Shown: positions 56,901 through 64,000 of the stretch, piece by piece
Numbering within the stretch: position 1 is the first letter of the stretch
How the letters are laid out: each line of letters begins with the position of its first letter
Source: Eledone cirrhosa
Taxonomy: Eukaryota
DNA: 64,000 nt
Direction: 5' to 3'
Assembly: GCA_964016885.1 (NCBI GenBank)
Contig: OZ024741.1
Coordinates: 357,988,001 to 358,052,000 of the forward strand
The notes under the pieces: model-generated
Told to the model about the DNA's origin: nothing
What the model saw: the letters and a program-made list of their open reading frames with translations, nothing else
The model's database searches: none
Translations under genes and position numbers: made by a program

Positions 56901-57010
56901 GGAACACTAAACTGTATTTATGATAAAAGTTATAATTTACCGTCAGAATCTTCAGTAGACAAGGATGAGAAACTGTTAAAAATGTTTTTGCGAATTTTTA
57001 CACGGTCCAT
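11277..57010 (-). CDS. CLN3: Battenin (CLN3) lysosomal membrane protein, complete, 15 coding exons, 1314 nt / 437 aa
   Basis: Exons 56941-57010, 48024-48078, 39988-40102, 35391-35462, 32832-32911, 30774-30859, 28251-28323, 27180-27323, 25785-25861, 24976-25028, 18593-18661, 17821-17876, 16079-16172, 13342-13482 and 11277-11405 splice in frame with GT-AG. Motifs include FWMFGLCNNFAYVIMLSAA, LLADVIP, SSGLGEVTFLSL, WSSGTGGAG, QYRWYQVDYQIGVFIARSS and EGAQGGLAYVNT. Confidence 0.93.
11497..11560 (+). mobile_element. Tigger/pogo-like DNA transposon terminal remnant
   Basis: TA-CAGTTGTCCCCCGGTATTCGTGGGGGTTACGTT, a typical Tigger-type TIR. Confidence 0.45.
13342..13482 (-). CDS. CLN3: CLN3 exon 14
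   Basis: EGAQGGLAYVNTY, 141 nt, phase 0/0. Confidence 0.95.
13590..15105 (+). mobile_element. Degraded 5'-truncated RTE LINE
   Basis: Remnants LLYVDDL and CRKRVGRNSILC..CSGI; 3' UTR and GATGAT tail like the 42-45 kb element. Confidence 0.85.
16079..16172 (-). CDS. CLN3: CLN3 exon 13
   Basis: YQVDYQIGVFIARSS, 94 nt. Confidence 0.95.
16210..16451. mobile_element. TTAA-flanked piggyBac-like MITE (others at 34754-34971, 39809-39960, plus degraded copies)
   Basis: TTAA|CCCTTT...AAAGGG|TTAA termini, non-coding AT-rich body repeated through the window. Confidence 0.7.
16590..16870 (-). mobile_element. Old CR1/Jockey-type LINE 3' fragment
   Basis: Remnant CNDLSSSKLAIFIPP...SFPRAATLGNS resembling an SFFPRT..LWNSLP C-terminus. 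Confidence 0.45.
17419..17667. repeat. ~100-bp-arm inverted repeat (Penelope-like inverted pLTR or MITE)
   Basis: Arms 17419-17516 and 17564-17667, outer ~55 bp perfectly complementary; flanked by a 16-bp direct repeat CATTAAATGAAACATA. Confidence 0.85.
17821..17876 (-). CDS. CLN3: CLN3 exon 12
   Basis: FELLYLNNIWLNTFEQYRW, 56 nt. Confidence 0.93.
18593..18661 (-). CDS. CLN3: CLN3 exon 11
   Basis: AVLKYMVPLCLVYIAELYINQTL, 69 nt. Confidence 0.93.
19300..19635 (-). mobile_element. RTE LINE fragment
   Basis: ERNEAGMFRWMCN..LREKLGIRGVRC..RLQWY..GRGRPRK. Confidence 0.85.
19638..23949. mobile_element. Unclassified element bounded by ~410-bp long direct repeats (19638-20052 and 23541-23949)
   Basis: Near-identical direct repeats, no recognisable coding body, interrupted by an LTR element. 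Confidence 0.65.
20597..22937 (+). mobile_element. Non-autonomous LTR retrotransposon (Gypsy-like, TRIM/LARD-type)
   Basis: LTRs 20597-21002 and 22547-22937, PBS TGGTGACCCCGA (21005-21016, tRNA-Trp complement), purine tract AGCGGGAGATAA before the 3' LTR, 4-bp TSD GTGC, no gag/pol. Confidence 0.88.
24976..25028 (-). CDS. CLN3: CLN3 exon 10
   Basis: TPPRLILDTREKLIRIR, phase 1/0 bridges both neighbours. Confidence 0.8.
25785..25861 (-). CDS. CLN3: CLN3 exon 9
   Basis: SYFILLKKPP...EFSQQILVN, phase 2/1. Confidence 0.87.
26477..26990 (+). mobile_element. CR1 LINE 3' fragment with (TTA)n tail
   Basis: LKLRRL..DL..TRGH..K..FF..RV...WNKLP; same family as 35.5-39.2 kb. Confidence 0.9.
27180..27323 (-). 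CDS. CLN3: CLN3 exon 8
   Basis: SAWSSGTGGAGVFGALSYAGLT, 144 nt. Confidence 0.96.
28251..28323 (-). CDS. CLN3: CLN3 exon 7
   Basis: GVCFASFSSGLGEVTFLSLTSFFH, 73 nt. Confidence 0.96.
28455..29553 (+). mobile_element. 5'-truncated RTE LINE nested in an older RTE remnant
   Basis: WVHKRCSGI...FRYLGD...MLHGSE..RLRWYGH...KPRKTW, (GAT)n tail. Confidence 0.9.
30774..30859 (-). CDS. CLN3: CLN3 exon 6
   Basis: LKVVIIITATTISFIVVS, 86 nt, phase 2/1. Confidence 0.9.
30930..31380 (+). mobile_element. RTE LINE 3' UTR fragment
   Basis: Matches 45270-45697, (GAT)n tail. Confidence 0.85.
32832..32911 (-). CDS. CLN3: CLN3 exon 5
   Basis: AILLADVIPSLLIKLFAP, 80 nt. Confidence 0.95.
33800..34050. repeat. Tandem ~50-bp repeats (4-5 units) derived from the RTE/SINE tail
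   Basis: Unit approximately CTGTAAAGTGGT..GCTG.TGCCA..ATAAAATGCACCCAGTACA. Confidence 0.75.
35391..35462 (-). CDS. CLN3: CLN3 exon 4
   Basis: SSISDNTT...YLICNQIGTG, 72 nt. Confidence 0.9.
35535..39240 (-). mobile_element. CR1-clade LINE: ORF1 (38405-39238, polyQ), disrupted ORF2 with APE (37670-38335) and RT (35875-37119), (TTA)n tail
   Basis: TETW, GVVYRPP, AGDFN, NYRPVSLTS, YLDFAKAFNSVPH, SGVPQGSVLGPLLF, YADD, ERDLG. Confidence 0.95.
39988..40102 (-). CDS. CLN3: CLN3 exon 3
   Basis: MFGLCNNFAYVIMLSAADDIL, gttagt donor. Confidence 0.93.
40801..41293. mobile_element. Penelope-like inverted pLTR structure (arms ~40801-40960 and ~41121-41293)
   Basis: ~160-bp inverted arms; hammerhead core on the minus strand across the left arm and spacer. 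Confidence 0.7.
40926..41043 (-). ncRNA. Hammerhead ribozyme motif with long stem II
   Basis: CTGACGA (41038-41032); stem II CTGTGGTTTAA/TTAAATCACAG; CGAAA-TGGCGCCA-TA (palindromic stem III, AUA triplet); weak stem I. Confidence 0.5.
41390..45697 (+). mobile_element. Near-full-length RTE-clade LINE (APE + RT + Cys-rich region), frameshifted; 5' boundary approximate
   Basis: CCIQET, ISVYAPQ, SQLDYIL, QFGF.PG.STTDA, AFVDLEKAFDRVP, GVHQGS, YADD, RLCWYGH; (GAT)n tail. Confidence 0.95.
46562..47880 (-). mobile_element. Degenerate Penelope-like element, G/T-rich on + strand, with decayed hammerhead motif at 46598-46629
   Basis: TTGAAGAAGGGC-TTAT-GCTCGAAACG; faint GIY-YIG-like ISDHL/SDHF..H traces; truncates a SINE at 46561 and ends at (TA)n(GA)n. 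Confidence 0.55.
48024..48078 (-). CDS. CLN3: CLN3 exon 2 (55 nt)
   Basis: ASMKHEEKENKRNLLAFW, tag acceptor and gtaag donor, phase 1/2. Confidence 0.88.
48590..49120 (-). mobile_element. Old degraded RTE-type RT fragment
   Basis: W...ILIPLYK...C..FRAIKLL.HGM.LLERLLEK.IR...INEM. Confidence 0.75.
51313..56503 (-). mobile_element. 5'-truncated CR1 LINE (51313-51418 + 55324-56503) split by an RTE insertion
   Basis: NYRPVSLTS, YINDID..KYAD, VWPHLEFASPLWNPY; the 3' UTR halves join across the RTE. Confidence 0.9.
51419..55323 (-). mobile_element. Full-length RTE-clade LINE, disrupted, TSD GTGTAT
   Basis: VGTINVGTL, CCIQETRW, AGDLNGHVG, LLYADDL, RLRWYGH; (GAT)n tail; GTGTAT at 51413-51418 and 55324-55329. 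Confidence 0.95.
56941..57010 (-). CDS. CLN3: CLN3 first coding exon (MDRVKIRKNIFNSFSSLSTEDSD)
   Basis: aaaATGG start, G|gtaaat phase-1 donor fits exon 2; gives a 437-aa total, close to the 438 aa of human CLN3. Confidence 0.72.
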
Positions 57011-58162
57011 TTTGCACCAAAAGTTTGTTAACGAAATAAGACGGTGTAAAAATAAATTAATTCCCTTGATTAAATATGCAAAACGTTCGCTGTGAGGAAA
57101 GAAGTTTAACGTTTTAGGTAGCACCTTTTGTCAGAAAGAACTGAAACGTTTACTGATAACGTTGAGTAAATAGGACAACATGATAACTTGGGAGGTGTCA
57201 AATAAATTAATAAAATTATAGATAAATATATCAAGTTTATGATTTAGTCCAGGCCATAGCAAACATACGAAAGCTATGTCCATATAATCTTTCCAATTGT
57301 ATGCAAAACATTCTTGTCTACTTTTTTTGTTACTCTTGTTACATTTCCTTATTTGAGACACTGGGATATGATTCGTAGGTGATTTGGTTGTTACGTTTAG
57401 CATATCGGACGACCACATAGAATCAATTTGGTGTGTTGTGATTTTTAGTTAGTGATTCAGAGTGCTCTCCCTTACATTAGCCGTCGCGTAATTTGTTTAA
57501 TTATGTGCAGTGGATTGGCAAAATCGTTAGTGACGAGGAAGAAAAAAAAAAAAATGCTGTAAGGTATTTTTTCTAACTCTTTACGTTCTGAGTGTTCAAA
57601 TCCCAGTAAGGCCATTTTTGCCTCTCATCCTTCCAGGGTAGATAAAGTAGCAGTCAATACTGAAGTTGATATAATCGATATTCCCTTTCCGCTCAAATTG
57701 TTAGCTCCGTCCCTAAGTTAATAAACCATTATTTGTTGAATAAATTGTCATTAGAGATAACAATAAAAGACCACTAGTCTATCAAGTGATACACCAATTA
57801 ATAAAAGGACGTAGAATCATTACGATTATGTACGATCAGCACCTTTCTTGTCAATATTCCTGACGTTGACAGGGATACACCAGATATGAAGAAACAATTA
57901 TTCAATTAAAAACAGACTTTATCCACAACAGCAGCAGCTGCATAACATATCCCATTTTTTATTCATCCCCCATAATATTAACATGATATCACTGCAAAGA
58001 GACAACCTAACACACTCTTGGGTCTCGAATAATCATTCCCCTCCCACCATGCTTATTAAATTTTGCTAATTTATCCCCGTCGAAATTTTATTTTAAGTGG
58101 TAGTATTCCTGTAATAATCAAATACATATACAAATTGAATTCCTATGTAAGTTTATCTTTAG

Positions 58163-60411
58163 TTTGTATGAGATGAAAGAATGGTATTCAACTAATGTAA
58201 TGGTACGCGATGGCGCTCACCCACAGCCTCGGCGGACAGAATGGAGAAGGCGTTTCCCCGGAGGACGGCAAGAGAGACGCGCTGGAAAAGCCACCCCGAC
58301 TTGCGTGGCTCACACCTACGGCTGGCCAGCTCAGCGCCTATGGTGGTGAGTAAGGAGGTAGCCCTGGGGCCGAGGATACCAGAAGTTTCCACTGCCAGGG
58401 GAACGACCGCAAACCTGTCGGAGAGCGACCGGTATTTGAGGAGTTTGGCCCCCTCAGCCCGACGTGCAGCAGAACCTGGGTCAGTCGCAGACTGCACCAG
58501 GTTGCGGCTGCAGAAAGTGTCGGTGCAAGTGGCATCCCAGACGAGGGGTTTGCCACCGCGGAACGGCAAGATGGTCATGCCATCTGGCCTTTTGCTGTCC
58601 GCTCTATCCAGCCTCACCAGCTCGAGCTGGGAATGGAAGCCTGCAGCGTCCAAGCCATGCTTAATGACCTCGTTGAGGGCAGTATGGCGGGGAATGCGGC
58701 CGGCACTGTGGCGACAGGAAAGCGGGTGGAGGCCGAAAGAGCCCACGGTGGAACCGCAGCGACATTGGTGTGGCTGGCAGATCCGGAGGCCGAGCCTCAG
58801 GGAACGCCGATTCGCAGGCTATGGTTGTCTAGCTGCGTGCCAGTGGAGAAGGAGGGCAGAGCATGGAGGCAGGCACCACTGTGGGGTTTGGAGGCCACAC
58901 GAAAACAAGCAAGGCGGTGCTGGTCGAGCTGGCGCGTGAGCCTGTCTGAGGCCAGACTGCACTGGATGGCATCCTAAGTGCGTTGGGGGGACTTTACGTC
59001 AACAGGGGGAGAAGGAGGAGGGACGTCTACTGGGCTAAGTCCCAGCCGGTCCCACGTCTCATAGGCGGCCTCATGTTCTCTGAACACAGAGGGTTATGTT
59101 GTGTTTTGAAGAACCCTGCTGACGAGGACGCGGCACGAGGTTACCGACGAAAGATACGCCGGCAAAGCTAGTGATATCGGGGACCGTAGGCCTAGGCCGC
59201 CATACCTGACCGGTAAAGTGACTTGTTGCCACCCTATTTCGTCAAACTTGACGTTGCATATCCCCTCGGCTGCTGCTCGGATACAAGTATCGAGGTCAGC
59301 GAAGAGAGATGTCTGGGTGTAGCATGGAGCGCTGCGGAGTGTATAGAGGAGCTTCGGCATGGCGAAGCAGTTCCTTAGCAGAAAGAGAGCTGGGTGGCCG
59401 TCAATCAAGCCCAGTCGGCTCGTGAGAGTCTGGAGCTGTTGAAGCCGGGACCTGATGGTGGAGCGGATGGCCGGCGGGTGAATCGGTGACCCGAGGATGA
59501 GGACATTCTCTTTGGGGGTCACCTGAATCTGGCGGAGAATGGACCGCACGTCCAAGACGGAGGTTGCAAAGCTCACAGCATTGAGGCTGACGTTCATCAC
59601 CTCCGACTTGGCCGAGTTGACCTGGAGGCCGACTCCCGCCAGGGCAGGAATAACCGATTGAAGGTCTTAGCAGACCGTCCGCACGGGCCCACCCAACGTA
59701 GCATCATCCAGATACCAAACGTTGAGAGGGGCCGTGATACTCCGGGCGATGTGGTCAATACCAAGGGCGAACAGGAGGGGTCCCAAAGAGGCGCCCTGTT
59801 GGACCCCAGTAGCCGAGGGTATGACCGTATCAGCAGCTAGGAGCATGCTCGGGGCTCCATATGATAGGTAGGCCAGCGGGTAGGCAGAGGGGGCTCGGCT
59901 GAGGCAGGTGTCGAGCAGATGATCCCGGCGTAAAGAGTTAAAGGCATTCCTCATGTCAAGCTTGACAATGAGGTGCCTGAAGTCCCTGGATGCTGGTACC
60001 GATGGGAAGCTGCTGAAGAACTGCCTGATTGCATGAGAGGCTCCCTCACAGCCACCGGACACGCCGGCACCCAGCTGCACCGGACTAAACTCCTCACCCA
60101 GTTCGTGTGTGACGGACTTGCAGATCACCTTGGCAGCCAGCCTCCGGAAGACATTTCCCACAGCAATGGGGCGTATGCCACCCTCTTTCTTCCTGAGAGC
60201 GGTGAGGCTGGCCGAAAAAAAAGAGGCCTCGGGCGTAAGGGTCGCCGTCACCATGAATGAGCCTATTGGTGAGCCCCACAATTGCACTCAGAAGGCAGCG
60301 CCCGGCCTCAGCGGAGAGGGGGGATGTCAACTCCTTGAGGTGGCCTGGTCCGAGACCATCAACATCACCGCAGCTGCTAGCTGGGAAGGACCTGATGGCG
60401 GACATGAATTT
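58163..60411 (-). mobile_element. 5'-truncated CRE-clade-like non-LTR retrotransposon (RT + CCHC + restriction-like endonuclease), disrupted
   Basis: KKEGGIRPIAVG, KLDMRNAFNS, GVQQG..LGPLLF, WYLDD, GGLGLR, H.LSC..RH, RPDG..WDATC..AVET.G; candidate TSD TCTTTAG; much higher GC than flanks. Confidence 0.88.
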
Positions 60412-62689
60412 TCTTTAGACATTAAAAACATTATAATGACAAAAAAAAAAACATTACAAGAAATACGTCATAAAACAAATAGAATGAGATGTGTAAACTA
60501 AACGACTATTCAAGGGAGACAACCTTTAAAAATTATCACCCCTCCCCTATTATTTGGGACCTGAGAGAACATGTTCCATCCAATACTGGTTATAGAAAAA
60601 GCAAGTTAAAAAATGAAAGCATCTTTACATGTGATGTAAAGGTGTGTGTGGAAACAAATTATAAATACCTTGATAGAGCATAATTCTTTACATTAAAGTC
60701 ATAAATCTTAGTGTCAGAAAGAATATACTTAAGAAAAGGGAAACACTGGCGAGAAAGAGATTGCAAAATACGAACCCAATCTACTAGGAATCGGAAGAAA
60801 GAATTACACTTCTCCACGTCAAATTGAGCTTTAACTTTCCTTTTATGAGTATCATAACATAATCCGGTACGTAATTTATTTTTTATTCACAGTTGTATAA
60901 AAATATAATAATATAAGGCTTACAGAACTCCCAAACAAACAAATATATACAAATATAAACGCAAAAAGAGCGATAAAAAATCTAAATAAAAAAATAAAAG
61001 TGGGGTGAGTGGCAAGTGCGACAATCGACCACACATCACAAGATAAAGATTAACTATACTTATCGCAACACGCGAACGTAGTTATTACAAGGGAAGAGGT
61101 AGAGAAAGAGTATCGAATGAATCACAATGTGTCCATAATCTACTTTACATCTTTCTAAACTTCGTATTTCACGTAATATTCGAATTTATTACAGATTGTA
61201 ACAACTATAAGCACGCACATCACAATCCGCATTTTCACATAAAGTCACGAAGAGCTTAACAAGTTTCTTCGCAAAAATGTTGTCGTCCAGCAGACTCAAG
61301 TAACGTGATATGCAGGTTAAAGACTAAAAAAAGAATCTAATTTAGTGAAGCTTGTCGAGATTGCAATACGATTCAGGAACCAAAAGACTACGGTTTATTG
61401 CTAGTTCTCACACATTGTGAGAATTGCAATTTTACACATCGGGAAGGCCAAAACAAAAGACCTAAAGATAGTAATATGCTATAAGTGCTGAAGTTATGAA
61501 GTTTTTTTTTGAAAGGTCGCGTGTGCATTCATCAATATAATAAATACGACTAAATATGCACATACTCGTCTCACAAGCTAGTCTCCATTTTATGTTACAG
61601 AATTAATAATTCATCATAATTTTTCAGTAGTCGAATCCACCACATTCTGTGGCAATGCATTCTGTAATGTAATATGGACAAGGCAATCTAGGGGTGATAA
61701 TCCTGTCATTTTTGTCAAGGAAAGCAGACGGTAGCAAAATATAACATAATTGTTTCTACTTTTGGCACAAGGCCAGCAATCATACCAGTGTATTGCTGGT
61801 ACTTTATTTTATCGACCCTGTAAGGCAAAGTTAACCTCGGCGGGATTTGAACTCAGATCATAAAGGGAGGTAACTCTATGTTTCAAAGTTAACCTCGGCG
61901 AGATTTGAACTCAGATCATAAAGGAAGGTAACTCTATGCTTCAAAGCATGGCGTCGACCCTCTACCGATACTGCCAATCCACCCCCAAAATATAACAATG
62001 AACAAACGCTAGATGTTATTGTTATCTATGTCTGCACGGACAGTGTAAACTATTGTTATCTGTTTCTGAGGTTTGTTTTGCCGAGGCTGCGTGGTTTGCC
62101 GTGGGTGGGTCTGATATGTATGCCGTATATGCCTCAATTGTGTTCCTTATTTTGTCCTCCTTTGTTTATTTATATCTATTTTATTCTTTCCATTTATTTG
62201 TATTATTTTATTTTACATCAGTGATATTAAACACTTGCGAAAGAAGTTGTACGTAAAGTTGAGAGAGAAAGAAAGAGAGGGAGAGAGAGAGAGGGGGGGA
62301 GGGGAGAGCTGTCGCTAATTTTTCATTTATATATGGTATTTGTAGACTTTTTTTAGTGGACACAATATGGCCGTGTTATTTACCATAGCCTCAGGTCAAG
62401 CCATGTCTTGTGAATAAAGTTGGGTAGAGGTAAACTGTTTAGAAACCCATCAGATAGACTGCATTTGTAATTCAAAGAGCCAACTTTGTCACATGCCATG
62501 TCACGCTGAATCTCCGAGTATTACGTTATGAGTACACGTGTCTGTGGAATGCTCAATCACATACAAAATGTTCCACTGATTTGTAGTGACCCCTAGCGGT
62601 GGAACCCAGAACTCATTAGAGTTACGTTCCTTTGGGACAGGTAGTGACCCCTAGAAGAAGTAATCGGAGTTACGTCCCCATTGGCTATG

Positions 62690-62960
62690 CTTCTATGTTT
62701 GGAATTTCCTCTCTAGTTCAGCCATTGATTCGGCTATGAGTGTTAGATCATCTGCGTATAGAAGTTCCCATGGGCAGCCGGTCTTGAACTTCTCCGTTAT
62801 AGCTTGGAGGGCGATAATAAATAGGAGGGGGCTAAGGACGGAGCCCTGATGAACACCAACTTTTACGCTAAACTCTTCAATATATTCGTTGTTAATTCTA
62901 ACCTTGCTGACTGTTTCTTTATACATGGCTTGTATAGCTCTCACAAGCCATTCATCTACA
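62690..62960 (-). mobile_element. Internal RTE RT fragment
   Basis: VGVHQGSVLSPLLF...LLYADDL, near-identical to the full-length RTEs. Confidence 0.9.
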
Positions 62961-64000
62961 CTGTGTGAGTGTATGTGTATGTATGTCTATTTGTGTGAAT
63001 GTATGTCTGTGAGTGTGCATTTTTGAAAGTGTGTCTGTGTTTGCATGTTTATATTTATATACTCATACATATAAACATGCATATGCACATATACACATAA
63101 GGTTTTACCAAGTATTGAAACCTTCCACTATGATAAGCTGGGGCCCTTACCTAGGAAGGAACAGAGGCACTGGATAGCTTTGCCTGCCTATTTTTCAATG
63201 GAATATCTTCCAATTTAGAAACATTTACAGTGATATGCTTATTCCAAAAGTCTGTCTTAGAACTATTGTGAATTAGTTCTATGGGACAAAAAGTCAGTAC
63301 TTTGACCCCCATGATTAGACATTGCATTATGCATGAACATTATGCATAAATTAGTAGACTCAGGAATCTAAGAGCAATAATTTTTTTTTCAAGAAAAGGA
63401 AACAGTAAAATATAACTGGGCTTTATCTGTTTTCTGTCTGTGTGGATAGTGTGAATTCTTTTTTGTCTGAGTCTGAGAAGATATTGAGGTCTGTAAAAAT
63501 ACTGGTTTGCTGTAAGTGCACACAAAGGTTTCTCTGTTATTATCATGGTACATCACTAGTGTATGGAGACTTGAAAACCATGGTTGAAGGTAAACAATTC
63601 ACCATTCTTTGAGAAAATAAATGTTTCATATTTGTTTTCATCTTCTCACTTCCTTTCTATTTAGCTAGATAAACATCTTGTATATAAAAAAACATTCTGA
63701 GCTTGAATAATCCAGATAATTCTTAACCATACCAGCCATTTGGTTTGTCACACACTCACTGTTTTACTACTACTTGCAATATACTCTTCTGATTTCAAGT
63801 TGTTTTGATTGTTATTATTCCAAATTTGCTCAGTCTTTAGACTGGTAATGATATTTAATATCCCCATCAAGTCAAATAATTTTAGATTGAAAGCACTTTG
63901 GGCATGAGCAGAGAATGTGCCATAAAAGTACCTCACTCACAGAATGAGATGCATGCTTTGTACTCACACAGGCACACATATAGAACATGGTTTTGAGTAT

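Noticed and set aside
58241-58939. 232-aa plus-strand ORF and other antisense ORFs over LINEs
   Set aside because: Shadow frames of GC-rich or coding retroelement sequence.
63748-63936. 62-aa minus-strand ORF as a possible terminal exon
   Set aside because: No recognisable homology or good acceptor; may be UTR of a neighbouring gene.

Overview
AT-rich, repeat-dense animal genomic DNA, most likely from an octopod cephalopod (inferred from the SINE/RTE/CR1 repertoire). Two spliced genes were reconstructed by hand on the minus strand. One is a complete 15-coding-exon CLN3/battenin gene (57010->11277, 437 aa, all splice phases compatible). The other is the 5' part of a SIRT3-type sirtuin (7204 or 6342->1100, continuing off the left edge) with two candidate alternative first exons. 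A small intronless signal-peptide/Ig-like ORF with a probable premature stop lies head-to-head with SIRT3. Introns are packed with mobile DNA: two near-full-length RTE LINEs in inverted orientation around CLN3 exon 2, CR1 LINEs, a non-coding tRNA-Trp-primed LTR element nested in an unclassified element with ~410-bp direct repeats, Penelope-like hairpin remnants carrying hammerhead-ribozyme cores, TTAA MITEs and many SINEs. A GC-rich CRE-type RLE retrotransposon lies just upstream of CLN3. No CRISPR, rRNA or true tRNA genes were seen. All coordinates were read by eye, and family assignments come from motif recall, not database searches.
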